The notes beneath the pieces were generated by a model. It searched no databases. It had not been told where the DNA came from and saw nothing but the letters and a program-made list of their open reading frames with translations. Below are positions 51,566 to 61,409 of a stretch of DNA of 64,000 nucleotides, piece by piece. This DNA comes from an uncultured delta proteobacterium (GTDB taxonomy: Bacteria > Desulfobacterota > Desulfomonilia > Desulfomonilales > Desulfomonilaceae): NCBI GenBank assembly GCA_963789265.1, contig CAWBKB010000003.1, positions 960,001 to 1,024,000 on the forward strand, given 5' to 3'. Made by a program: the position numbers and the translations under genes. The stretch's first letter is position 1, and every line of letters starts with the position of its first letter.

Positions 51566-51825
51566 AGTGGCAAGTTGTTTACACCCGCCAGGCTCGAAAA
51601 GATGCCAAGCTACTCGCCGCCGCCGCATTGAAGGAAAAAGCAAAAGAGTTGTTGAACCTTCTCGAGCGGGATCCTTTTGAGACCCCACCTCCTTATGAGA
51701 AGCTAGTCGGCGACTTGAGCGGCGCCTACTCCCGAAGGATCAATATTCAACGCAGATTGATCTACCAACTGATTGAGGAAGACAACGTCGTAAATGTGAT
51801 CCGTCTATGGTCTCATTACGAGTGA
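51562..51825 (+). CDS. yoeB: Txe/YoeB toxin
   Basis: PPYEKLVGDLSGAYSRRINIQRRLIY...WSHYE; overlaps the yefM stop. Confidence 0.9.
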   Translation: MKWQVVYTRQARKDAKLLAAAALKEKAKELLNLLERDPFETPPPYEKLVGDLSGAYSRRINIQRRLIYQLIEEDNVVNVIRLWSHYE

Positions 51826-51837
51826 TGAGGATTCAGG

Positions 51838-52608
51838 ATGCGAACTATCGATCTCAACTGCGACATGGGCGAAAGTTTCGGCGCTTATACCCTCGGGAGA
51901 GATGAAGATGTCATCAAGCACATTTCATCGGCAAATATAGCGTGCGGTTGGCACGCGGGCGACGCTCTGGTAATGAACCGAAGTGTCCAGCTTGCGGCTG
52001 CCCGCGGCGTCGGAGTTGGCGCCCATCCAAGCTATCCGGATCTTATGGGATTCGGCCGGCGCAACATGAGTTGCACTCCGGAAGAGATCCGCAACTACGT
52101 GATATATCAGATTGGGGCTCTCTCGGCTTTCTGCACGGCTAACCGCGTCAAAATGCGGCACGTCAAACCGCACGGGAGCCTCTATCTGACTGCCGTGGAA
52201 AATGAAGCTGTGGCAACCGCGGTCGCGGAAGCAATAGTCAGCGTTGACCCGGGCCTTATGTTCGTTGCACTAGCCGGTCCCAAAGGCGCTCTCATGGCCG
52301 GAATAGGCGAAAAGCTCGGGCTCAAAGTGGCGTACGAGGCTTTTCCGGATCGGGTATACTCACCGGACGGCACACTCGCGTCACGTAGTTTGCCAGGAGC
52401 GGTAATTTCAGATCGCAGTCAGGTTGCTGAACGTGCTCTGAAAATGGCGACAGAGGGGAAGGTCGTTGCAATAGATGGGACCGAGATCGATCTTCACGCC
52501 CACACTTTGTGCGTTCACGGCGATAATCCAAGTTCCGTGGATTTAGTCAAGACAATTCGGGGGCTGCTGGAAGCCGAGGGCATCGCGGTGAAACCGATGA
52601 ACTCTTGA
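51838..52608 (+). CDS. pxpA: 5-oxoprolinase subunit A (LamB/YcsF)
   Basis: IDLNCDMGESFG, SANIACGWHAGD, HVKPHG, CVHGD. Confidence 0.93.
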   Translation: MRTIDLNCDMGESFGAYTLGRDEDVIKHISSANIACGWHAGDALVMNRSVQLAAARGVGVGAHPSYPDLMGFGRRNMSCTPEEIRNYVIYQIGALSAFCTANRVKMRHVKPHGSLYLTAVENEAVATAVAEAIVSVDPGLMFVALAGPKGALMAGIGEKLGLKVAYEAFPDRVYSPDGTLASRSLPGAVISDRSQVAERALKMATEGKVVAIDGTEIDLHAHTLCVHGDNPSSVDLVKTIRGLLEAEGIAVKPMNS

Positions 52609-52641
52609 TCGGGTGATACGTAACAGTTTGCAGGTCAATTG

Positions 52642-53347
52642 ATGAGTGGACTTTACAGGAAAGCAGTCTTTCGACTCGTCGGCGACAGGGGCCTTCTGGT
52701 CGAATATGGAGATGCAATCTCCCCCGAGATTAATATCAAGGTCCGCACTGTGGCGATGGCCATAGCCAAGGCTAAGCCGGAAGGAGTCGTGGAGGTCATC
52801 CCCGCCTATCGATCGCTCTTGATAGTCTATGATCCTCTGGTGACCGATCCCCAAAGCCTTGAAGACAACGTGAATCTCATGGACAATCGACTGGATGCGC
52901 TCGATATAGCGCCACCAAAGACCGTCGAGATCCCTGTCTTGTACGGTGGCGACTTCGGACCTGACATTGAGTTTGTAGCGAGTACGCACAATTTGACGGT
53001 CGAAAATGTAATCAAAATTCACTCCGGGGCGTTTCTATCAAATTTACATGATTGGATTTACTCCCGGGTTTCCTTTTATGGGCCCCCTGCCTGAGGAACT
53101 GTGCACCCCGCGACTGGATACGCCCCGCGAATTGGTCCCCGCCGGCTCGGTGGGGATCGCGAATAACCAAACAGGCATTTACCCTGTGGATAGCCCTGGC
53201 GGTTGGCGGTTGATTGGACGGACCCCGCTGAATCTATTCAACCCATCTAAAAAAGAACCATTTCTTTATGCCGCCGGAGACAAGATCAAGTTCGTGCAGA
53301 TCTCGGAAAAGGAATATTATCGCATCCTATCTGAAGAGAAGGGCTGA
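52642..53347 (+). CDS. pxpB: 5-oxoprolinase subunit B (one frameshift at about 53033)
   Basis: GDRGLLV, PAYRSLL, IPVLYGG, then GFTPGF...GIYP...GGWRLIGRT. Confidence 0.9.
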
Positions 53348-54303
53348 TGGAGGTTTTCAAAGTTCTGGAACCTGGTCCTTTCACGACTGTCCAGGACACT
53401 GGTAGATACGGCTATCAGCAATTTGGAATCCCGGTTTCAGGTGCGCTGGACAAGTTTTCTTACCTGGCTGCGAACGCGCTTGTGGGCAATGGTGAAAGCG
53501 CTGCCGCTCTGGAAATCACCTTCATGGGGCCTCGACTTGAAGCCCTCTCTGAGGCTCTGATAGCTATCACGGGCGCGGAAGTCCCTCTGTTCGTCAATGG
53601 TCAACCCCAGCCGATGTGGACGTCATTCCGCGTTCGCCGTGGTGACATCATCAGCATGAGGGCCGCTGTCAAGGGAGTGCGAGCTTACCTGGCTATGGCC
53701 GGCGGGCTTGCAGTCTCTATGGTCATGGGCAGCCGTTCCACGTACACAGGCGGTAAAATCGGTGGCCTGGAGGGTAGGCCGTTGGCTAAGGGTGACATAC
53801 TGCACCGCGAATCTACCGATTCTTTTGATCGGATTCTGTCTCTGCCCGAGGATTTCAAACCGACATTCAGCAACAGGATCACATTGAGAGCCTTGCCCGG
53901 CCCTCAGGATGACTATTTCGACACGGGGCTCGCCGTGCTCTTTAAAGCGGAGTTCGTGGTCACATCCAAAGCCGACCGCATGGGTTACCGCCTTGAAGGG
54001 CCGATCATTGAACCCAAAGCCGGAGCCTCCTTGAGCATCATCTCAGAGCCCAGCTTGTCGGGATGCATCCAGATCCCTCCGGACGGCCGCCTGATCATAC
54101 TCCTGGTTGAACAGACCGTCGGTGGGTACGCGAAGATCGCGACAATCATTACGCCGGATCTCGACGTCATAGCGCAGGCGCGTCCGGGCGACAAAATTCG
54201 CTTTGCCCGGGTGGATCTTGCTGAAGCCCGTCGGCTTTACCGTGATTATCGTTTCAGACTTGGTAGGCTCCAGCATTCCTTACGTGGGGAATCTTCTATC
54301 TAA
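53347..54303 (+). CDS. pxpC: 5-oxoprolinase subunit C
   Basis: TTVQDTGR, SGALD, GSRST, DRMGYRL, GGYAKI. Confidence 0.92.
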   Translation: MEVFKVLEPGPFTTVQDTGRYGYQQFGIPVSGALDKFSYLAANALVGNGESAAALEITFMGPRLEALSEALIAITGAEVPLFVNGQPQPMWTSFRVRRGDIISMRAAVKGVRAYLAMAGGLAVSMVMGSRSTYTGGKIGGLEGRPLAKGDILHRESTDSFDRILSLPEDFKPTFSNRITLRALPGPQDDYFDTGLAVLFKAEFVVTSKADRMGYRLEGPIIEPKAGASLSIISEPSLSGCIQIPPDGRLIILLVEQTVGGYAKIATIITPDLDVIAQARPGDKIRFARVDLAEARRLYRDYRFRLGRLQHSLRGESSI

Positions 54304-54310
54304 CATCTAT

Positions 54311-54459
54311 AATTGCAAGGAGTGGAATCCCGCGTCCCGGCGGAAAGCATCTTCATTGGACGGACAGGCTTCAAGCTTGTCCATTAAAATAACCGGCAAG
54401 ATGCCGGTCCCACGAAGTTGAGATTGCTTCGTCCCGCGGGACGCGGGACTTGCAATGAC
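54311..54459. repeat. RPE-like element with a nested REP pair
   Basis: Inner GGACAGGCTTCAAGCTTGTCC-ATTAAAAT-ACCGGCAAGATGCCGGTCCCAC (54362-54413) lies inside ATTGCAAG...AGATTGCTTCG...TTGCAATGAC. Confidence 0.7.
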
Positions 54460-54523
54460 AATTTTTGGGCTCGCACATAAGTAAATGCATGCAAGAAAAA
54501 TCTATGAACCTTCTGCCCCTGCT

Positions 54524-56482
54524 CTAAATTCTGGTTCCGATTTTGTATCCTTCGTGGATAGCATTGTACAGGCTTCGCGGCGTCATGGCGTCGCCTACGA
54601 TGTACAGCTCATCGCAAAAGTACTCCAGGTCATGCACCAGGTTCTGATTCGGGGCCAACGGTCCGGCAAGAATGACCGTATCTGCGGTCAGGGTTTGTTC
54701 TTGTCGGTCTTTGTCGCGGATTCGCACCGCGCTGCCCACGATGGCCAGAGCTTCGGCCTCGGTGTAAAGCCGGATCCCCAACTCTTTTACCAGCCCTGTA
54801 TGGCGCCATTTGAAGGTCATGGAAACGTCGAAATCAACACGGGGGTTAGGTTCGACTATGGCTACTTTCTTGCCTTGATTTGACAACACTTCCGCTGCGG
54901 TAAGACCAACCTTACCGCCGCCCAGAACAACCACGTTCTGTCCGATTTTGGAAAAGTCATCGTTCGCCAGCATATTCCAAGCGTTAAATACATTTTCCGC
55001 GGTCACCCCGGGAATGCTCGGTTTGACGATAGTGGAGCCGGTGGCCACGATCACAACATCCGGGAAAAAGCTCGCAGCAATCCGGCGATCTACCCGCGTG
55101 TTCAAGCGAACATCAATACCCAAGTCCTCAATACGATACAAGTAATACTGCAACAGCTCCTGAAGCACTTCTCCACCACTGATATCCTTGGATGAAGGGA
55201 TCAAGCCGCCACCCAAACGATCTCTTGCCTCAAAGATGACTACTTCATGGCCTCGTTGGGCCGCGGCTATAGCGGCCTCCAGGCCACCGGGCCCACCTCC
55301 TGCAACCATAACCTTTTTCTTGACGACAGCCGGGGTTATGCTGAATTCCGGCTCTACTTCATGACCCAACCGGGGATTCACTGCACAAATATACGGCTGA
55401 TTGTAGAACATCTTTGCCAGGCATAGCATGCACCCGATACAAGGTTTGACGCGTTCCGGCTGCCCCTTTTTCAGTTTGTGTATCAGTTTCGGATCGCTCA
55501 GCAGCGGTCGGCAAATTTCCCAAAAGTCAAAAACACCTGTAGCAAGTGCCTTGTCAGCCTCCCAGGGATCGGACAGGCGAGGACCAAATGCCAGTGGCAC
55601 ATCTCCTATGACCTTTTTGGCTTTTTCTGCGAGATACAGCCACTCAGTCCGGCTTACATCTCGGCCTAAAGCGCCCTGGCGAGATTCGTGCCAGCCAATG
55701 ACCATGCTGATCATGTCCACGCCACAGTCCGCGGCAATACGCATGATCTCCACACATTGGTCCTCCTTATTCCCGCCGAATTCATCCATCAGCTCGGTCC
55801 CGTTGAGGCGAATGATCAACAGCTTGTCCGGGCCAACCGCCTTGCGCAAGGCGTCGATTAGCTCCACCATAAACCGGGCCCGCTTCTCCAGCGAGCCGCC
55901 ATACTCATCGGTCCGTTTATTGGTGAATGGCGAAAGAAAGCAACTCATCAGGTATCCCATAAAACTTGTCACCTCTACGCCGTCATAGCCTGCTTTGATA
56001 CATCTTTCCGCGGCCTTGGCATGATCTTCGATCGCTTGAGCGATCTCGTCCTTCGTCATCTCTCTGGGCGGCCGGAAATGACGCAGAGTCTGCGGAATAG
56101 CCGACGGTTGAACGCAGTAATCTAGGTCAATGCCACCGTAACGTCCGCCGTGAAGGACTTGTTGGATAGCGACGGCCTTGTTTTCGTGAAACAGGTCAGA
56201 AATCCGCTCAAGACCCGGAATATATTTGTCGTCGTTGATACACAGTTGCCGATGGTAAGCCTTACCCTCACCAGCTTTGTCGGGGTAAGCGCCTTGATTG
56301 GTCATTATGGAAGCGCCGGTGGCTGCAATGATCCGGTCACGAGCGTACTCTCTTTCGGTGAGGAAGCCGTCACGAGTATTGAAATTGCTTACGCAACAGG
56401 CTGCATACTTGATGCGATTGTGCACGGTGAATGCACCGACGCGAGCGGGACTGAAGACATGAGGGAACTCTATACGAGCCAT
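54524..56482 (-). CDS. Old Yellow Enzyme family NADH:flavin oxidoreductase (FadH-like FMN barrel, 4Fe-4S, FAD)
   Basis: HGGRY, GYL...FLSPFTNKRTDEYGGS, CIGCMLC...CAVNP, VAGGGPGG, GGGKVG. Confidence 0.9.
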   Translation of the reverse strand: MARIEFPHVFSPARVGAFTVHNRIKYAACCVSNFNTRDGFLTEREYARDRIIAATGASIMTNQGAYPDKAGEGKAYHRQLCINDDKYIPGLERISDLFHENKAVAIQQVLHGGRYGGIDLDYCVQPSAIPQTLRHFRPPREMTKDEIAQAIEDHAKAAERCIKAGYDGVEVTSFMGYLMSCFLSPFTNKRTDEYGGSLEKRARFMVELIDALRKAVGPDKLLIIRLNGTELMDEFGGNKEDQCVEIMRIAADCGVDMISMVIGWHESRQGALGRDVSRTEWLYLAEKAKKVIGDVPLAFGPRLSDPWEADKALATGVFDFWEICRPLLSDPKLIHKLKKGQPERVKPCIGCMLCLAKMFYNQPYICAVNPRLGHEVEPEFSITPAVVKKKVMVAGGGPGGLEAAIAAAQRGHEVVIFEARDRLGGGLIPSSKDISGGEVLQELLQYYLYRIEDLGIDVRLNTRVDRRIAASFFPDVVIVATGSTIVKPSIPGVTAENVFNAWNMLANDDFSKIGQNVVVLGGGKVGLTAAEVLSNQGKKVAIVEPNPRVDFDVSMTFKWRHTGLVKELGIRLYTEAEALAIVGSAVRIRDKDRQEQTLTADTVILAGPLAPNQNLVHDLEYFCDELYIVGDAMTPRSLYNAIHEGYKIGTRI

Positions 56483-56871
56483 ACGAACCTCCAAACTGCT
56501 ATATCCGTGATATTCGGCGTCATCTACCTGCGGGATGTGGAGTCATGTCGCATCCGCAGGCAAGCCGGAAAAGGGAAGACTATCGGGAAACAGATCGCAA
56601 GCTTCTGCCAAAGCCGCCGAGTCACTGTGCAGAGGCGCACTTAAGGTCAAGTCCTCGCCATCGGAAGAGCAGTATCGCAAGAAGTGGACATTTTGAAAAT
56701 TCTTGACGAGTTGAACTGTCAGCCCAGCAGTAATAGATTCAGCTATCACTACGTAAGCTGAGTCATTTTCAGTACGCACTGGCAAACCTCGATCGCTGAA
56801 GGGAGACCCTTTGACTGTGGCATTTCGCATGTGCAAACCCGGCGCGCCCCAGTTGTGTTCCTATCTCAGGA

Positions 56872-57267
56872 TCAATCAATGATTTCGAGCAATACGCCGA
56901 ACATGGAGTGGGGATGAATGAATGCGAATCTACTGTCCCGCCAGGTTCGAGGTGTCTCGTCTATCAGATCCACGGGCTTCTTCTTGAGCTCCTCCAGGGT
57001 TTGATTCGTGTCGGGCACCTTGAGTGAGAGCAAGTACAGGCCTTCCCCGCGACGCCGAATAAATCGCGCCACTTCGCTGTCATCGCTGGTTGGGGCCACA
57101 AGTTCAAAGCCCACATCCCCTATATAATAGCGAGCCACATCAATCTTTTCGTCATTATCTATGTATCTTTCATCCGGTTCGATGCCAAAGACCTCCTTGA
57201 AACGGGCCTCTGCCAGACCGCGATCTTTCACTGCGATGCAAATATGGTCAATCTTTTCCAATTTCAT
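56872..57267 (-). CDS. VOC family protein (methylmalonyl-CoA epimerase-like)
   Basis: IDHICIAVKD, FELVAP, RGEGL, FIHP...GVLLE. Confidence 0.85.
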   Translation of the reverse strand: MKLEKIDHICIAVKDRGLAEARFKEVFGIEPDERYIDNDEKIDVARYYIGDVGFELVAPTSDDSEVARFIRRRGEGLYLLSLKVPDTNQTLEELKKKPVDLIDETPRTWRDSRFAFIHPHSMFGVLLEIID

Positions 57268-57492
57268 ATCAAACCCTCCGCTGCTAAAGGAAATGTTTGT
57301 GGCTCGTTTTCAGATCATGAGAAAAGGCAGTATCAAGATTTGAGCTAAACGACAAGCCCTGATCCGGCCCAGTGCCACTTGCTTGAAGCCTCATCCGCAC
57401 CAACGGCTTGACCACGGCATGATTGCGGCTACAATCTCTGAAGCCACAGAAATAGAACAGCCAAGAACCGAGTTTGGCTGCAGGAGACCATC

Positions 57493-58926
57493 TTGTTCGA
57501 TAACCTACAACCGGAAGGCAGCCGCTATGACCGGCGCTTTCAGATCCTCTTTGCTTTGATGTTCGGTATAATCCTGACCCCCATTGACGGCAGCATGGTC
57601 AATGTGATTCTGCCCACGCTCACAGATGTCTTTTCTTGCGGAATCGCCACTGCTCAGTGGGTCCCTATGATATATCTGCTGGTCATCAGTAGCTTGCTGT
57701 TGTTCTTTGGCCGTCTTGGAGATATCTGGGGCTACAAGAAAGTCTTTCAATATGGGCTTGTCATCTTCGTGATCGCGTCAGGGCTGTGCGGCCTTTCCCA
57801 GAGCATCTATGAGCTCATCTTGTTTCGGACGCTGCAAGCGGTTGGGGCGACCATGCTGATGGCGGTGCCCCTGGCAATAATCACAGCGTGCTTTCCACGC
57901 AATGAACTCGGACGGGCTTTGGGCACATTCTCCGTCGGTATTGCCGCGGGGCTTGCCATTGGGCCTTCCTTCGGCGGATTTATAGCTTCCCTGTTAGGAT
58001 GGAGATTCACCTTTCTCATTAACGTTCCCATCGGAATAGCAGCGTTCGTTGTCATTCACCGAGTAATGCCGGAAATCAAAGGACAATCCGGCAGATTTGA
58101 TTTTCTGGGCGCTGCAACTGCTTTCGGCTTCTTATTCTGTCTGTTGTTGTTTATCAACCGAGCCCAGGGTTCAGGTCTCAATGCTGCGACTGGAGCTTTG
58201 GTGGTCGTATCCCTCGCAAGCGGGATTGGCTTCGTCATGACCGAACATCAGTCCGCAGACCCAATGCTCAGGCTGAATTTGTTTCGCAACGTCACTTTCA
58301 CGTTCGCTAGCATCAGTTCATTGCTGAACTTCATGGCGCAGTTTGTGGTGATCTTTTTGACACCGTTCTATCTCCAGAGAGTATTGCATTACGCGCCGAA
58401 CAAGATTGGCCTGGTTTTGACGTGTTTCCCGCTGGCGGTCATGGTGGTAGGTCCCATAAGCGGTTGGCTTTCGGATCGTCTGGGGTCACGAGGTCTATCC
58501 TGCCTCGGGCAGCTAATTTGCGCCTTAGCCATGTTTCTACTCGGTCGGTTGCCCGCGTCGGCGGGAACGTTTGACGTTGCGATAAGGCTCACCTTGTTTG
58601 GAATTGGGGCAGCGGTATTCCAATCGCCAAATACGAGCGCCGCCATGAGTTCCGTACCCAGACTTCACCTCGGCGTAGCTTCGGCTGTTCTGGCCCAAAT
58701 GAGAAATATCGGCATGGTTATCGGCATCGCACTGGCCGGAGTGGTCCTTCATGCTGTGGTTCCTGAAGCTATCCTGGCGAAGGAGTCACTGAGCACTTCG
58801 GAAGCGCGTCTTTTTTTGCACGGTGTAGAGAGCGCCTTTCTGCTGGGGGCTTCGATTGCCGTTATTGCAGCAGGGACCGCGCTCGTAAAACAGCGACGCA
58901 ATGGACAGGCTCGTTTGAGCGAATGA
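57493..58926 (+). CDS. MFS DHA2-type transporter
   Basis: IDGSMVNVILP, GRLGDIWG, GPSFGG, FLINVPIG, FQSPN; upstream TTGACC-16-TACAAT (57408-57435). Confidence 0.9.
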   Translation: MFDNLQPEGSRYDRRFQILFALMFGIILTPIDGSMVNVILPTLTDVFSCGIATAQWVPMIYLLVISSLLLFFGRLGDIWGYKKVFQYGLVIFVIASGLCGLSQSIYELILFRTLQAVGATMLMAVPLAIITACFPRNELGRALGTFSVGIAAGLAIGPSFGGFIASLLGWRFTFLINVPIGIAAFVVIHRVMPEIKGQSGRFDFLGAATAFGFLFCLLLFINRAQGSGLNAATGALVVVSLASGIGFVMTEHQSADPMLRLNLFRNVTFTFASISSLLNFMAQFVVIFLTPFYLQRVLHYAPNKIGLVLTCFPLAVMVVGPISGWLSDRLGSRGLSCLGQLICALAMFLLGRLPASAGTFDVAIRLTLFGIGAAVFQSPNTSAAMSSVPRLHLGVASAVLAQMRNIGMVIGIALAGVVLHAVVPEAILAKESLSTSEARLFLHGVESAFLLGASIAVIAAGTALVKQRRNGQARLSE

Positions 58927-58938
58927 GACGCGCTTCTT

Positions 58939-59669
58939 TCATGGTTTGCAGCCACCGAAAAGCGCCAATTCGTAGTACTTGAAGAAGCAATCTACATCCG
59001 CATAACCGATTTCCCGCAACCAGTCACATTGAGTTTCCACTAAGGCGAAGAGATTCGCTTGTCGTTCGGGACGCTCAAAATACTCCTTTTCGATAGCCGA
59101 CCGCGGTTTGTTCGAACCACGCTGAACTGCGAATTTGTACAGCGAATCGACACGAACACGATCCCATAATGTAGCCGTCCGTTTGCTCGGAGAAGCCACA
59201 TGCTCCATGTTGATGAACATGCCACCTGAAGCCAAAATGTTGAAGATTTCCGAGTATATCTGCCGCTTGCGTGAATCCGGTTGATGATGAATGGAGAAAC
59301 CGGAAACAACGAGGTCGAGGGGAGCGTACAGGGCGACAACCTGTGTCCATTTCGGCCCGCTATAATCGACGGTGCAAAAATGAGTTGATCCTGGCGGGCG
59401 CGGGAGTTTCGCTCGAGCGGCTTCAAGCATAGGTTCAGAGTGATCTGCGAGGATAGCCGTAGCGTCGGATAATTCTCCAGGATTACGGCAGCAAGTATTC
59501 CGTCGCCGCTGCCAAGGTCAATAAAACGATGCACAGGACGACAAAGATCCTTAATCAGACGCAGCATTATCTCGATTTGCTCTTGGATGAATGGCCGCGA
59601 ATCCTTCCTGTCGAGATAATGAGCCACAACGGATTCGGACTTCCAAATTGAATGGTCTATGTCTGCCAT
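58939..59669 (-). CDS. Class I SAM methyltransferase (one frameshift at about 59468)
   Basis: IDLGSGDG; adding one base gives YPDATAILADHSEPML...SGFSIHH...DVDCFFK. Confidence 0.85.
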
Positions 59670-59760
59670 GTCTTCCCCACTGAGAAAAATATGCTCCATT
59701 GCCCAGCCTTTCGCAAACATGCAGCTATCTGGAGCCCAAACTGCAGAGATCAACCTTGCC

Positions 59761-61035
59761 TCAATGCTCTGCCGGAAACCGGGACTCGATCCAGTCGAAC
59801 AACGTTTCATGGAACATGTTCAAAGCCCCCATCTGACAGTGTTCGGCCCCGCCTTCCGCTTCGGAAAAGATCCTTATGGTTACACTCTTGGCCTTGGTCA
59901 GAGCTTTTCGAAACGCCTCCACCTGTTCCACGGGAAAAAGGTGATCTTTTTCTCCGGCTGTAATCAACACATCGCAGGTGATCAAACCCGCCTCATTCTT
60001 TAGGTCGTATTGATCGAAAATTCTGAGCACGTCGATTGGGTCCTTAGCGCCCATAGTCCATTTCGCGTTGAGTATTCCCCAGCGCATCCCTGGTTTGAAT
60101 TTCATGGCTATTCTCATCATCCAGTTGACCAAGCCGAAGTAACCACGGTCATATAGCCAGATGACCGGCCTCGGCACCTGCCTGAATGCCGCCTCTTGGA
60201 GATTATAGCAGACGTTGTGGGCCACGACTCCGTCAATTCTATGGTCATGGGCCGCGGCCCGGGGCGCAAGATAACCCCCAAGGCTAATTCCCATCAGCAC
60301 AATTTTTGGCGGTCGGCCGTGTTTTTCGATAAAGGCGTCAAGGATGGAGCTGGTGGGTTTTTCCCATTCCGGAGTGAACATGAGGCCCTGTTTGCGAATG
60401 GCCGAGCCTTGACCTGGACCAGCAAAGGTCAGGCAGGAGTAGCCGCGTTCCAAAGCCGCTGCCACTATAAGGAAATAAAGTTCCTCCTGTGTGGAATCAT
60501 ACCCGCCGTGGGCTACCAGCAGGGGTTTGCTCTCTCCCCCTAAAGCCCGATAGAAAACCGCCTTCAAGGTGTGTCCCTCGTATGGCACGGTCAGGACCTC
60601 ATACCGGACGCCCAAATCATCCAATGCCCGGTAAAAGGTTTCCACGCTCTTATCAAAGGCATGCAAACGGCGGCTGTCACCGGGGCGCAAAAAAAACTCG
60701 GCGGTCCGGTAATAATTGGCAGCCCTCAGCAGGGCCTTGCCCTGACTGATTTTGTCTTTGACGCGGTTGGCCCCGTTCTCCACTCGTTGGGCCATGTTAT
60801 ACCAGCCCAAATACCAGCCCTCGTCGTCGCCTTCCTTAAGCCCGCGAATGGCCGCAAGTACCTCCCCGGCCTCGGCCCCGGCAAAAGTTCCCTCCCCTAA
60901 AGTCCGTAGCACCTCATAATTATAGGACTGGTCACTGAACCAGCGCGTGTTCGCGGTCCTGGGTTTGAAAGCCAACCAGCCCAACAATCCGGCCACCACC
61001 AGAACTACTAGGATCCAGCCAAGCCACTTAGCCAT
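59761..61035 (-). CDS. Membrane-anchored alpha/beta hydrolase (FrsA-like / DHPON hydrolase-like)
   Basis: RAANYYRTAEF, GGYDSTQEE, GPGQG, GISLGGY, EHCQ. Confidence 0.85.
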   Translation of the reverse strand: MAKWLGWILVVLVVAGLLGWLAFKPRTANTRWFSDQSYNYEVLRTLGEGTFAGAEAGEVLAAIRGLKEGDDEGWYLGWYNMAQRVENGANRVKDKISQGKALLRAANYYRTAEFFLRPGDSRRLHAFDKSVETFYRALDDLGVRYEVLTVPYEGHTLKAVFYRALGGESKPLLVAHGGYDSTQEELYFLIVAAALERGYSCLTFAGPGQGSAIRKQGLMFTPEWEKPTSSILDAFIEKHGRPPKIVLMGISLGGYLAPRAAAHDHRIDGVVAHNVCYNLQEAAFRQVPRPVIWLYDRGYFGLVNWMMRIAMKFKPGMRWGILNAKWTMGAKDPIDVLRIFDQYDLKNEAGLITCDVLITAGEKDHLFPVEQVEAFRKALTKAKSVTIRIFSEAEGGAEHCQMGALNMFHETLFDWIESRFPAEH

Positions 61036-61074
61036 AATCGCACCTCCCTAACAATTGGCTTCACGAATGTGCTA

Positions 61075-61148
61075 AAATACGAACAAGGTTCATATTTGTG
61101 GCGGATTGTTTCTTAAGTCAAGAAAAAACGAACATCGTTCTTGTTTTT
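61075..61148. promoter_or_regulatory. Two putative TetR operators
   Basis: AAATACGAACAAGGTTCATATTT (61075-61097) and AAAAAACGAACATCGTTCTTGTTTTT (61123-61148) share ACGAACA-NN-GTTC. Confidence 0.65.
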
Positions 61149-61409
61149 GCTGACAAGCTGCGGTATTGCTCAGCAAGCTGAATATGTTCTGAGTATTCCG
61201 CATGGGGCGGTTCCCGAAAGAATTGTCGTCATACGAAATGCGTGTTGACACCCAGTTTAGATTGGTGGGGCGGTCCCGCGCCTCGTGGAACAGCCTGTCT
61301 ATTGGCCCTGACGAGCGAGATGCCCGTCGGCACCGGATCATTTCTTTCCGTGATTACTTTTGAGAATCCCCACATTCACACAAAGCCATGTAATCAAATG
61401 CGGAGGCCC

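Noticed and set aside
56772..56850. c-di-GMP-I riboswitch-like start (ACGCACTGGCAAACC)
   Set aside because: Lacks the GNRA-capped P2 and the GACGCAAA segment, and lies on the opposite strand to both flanking genes.
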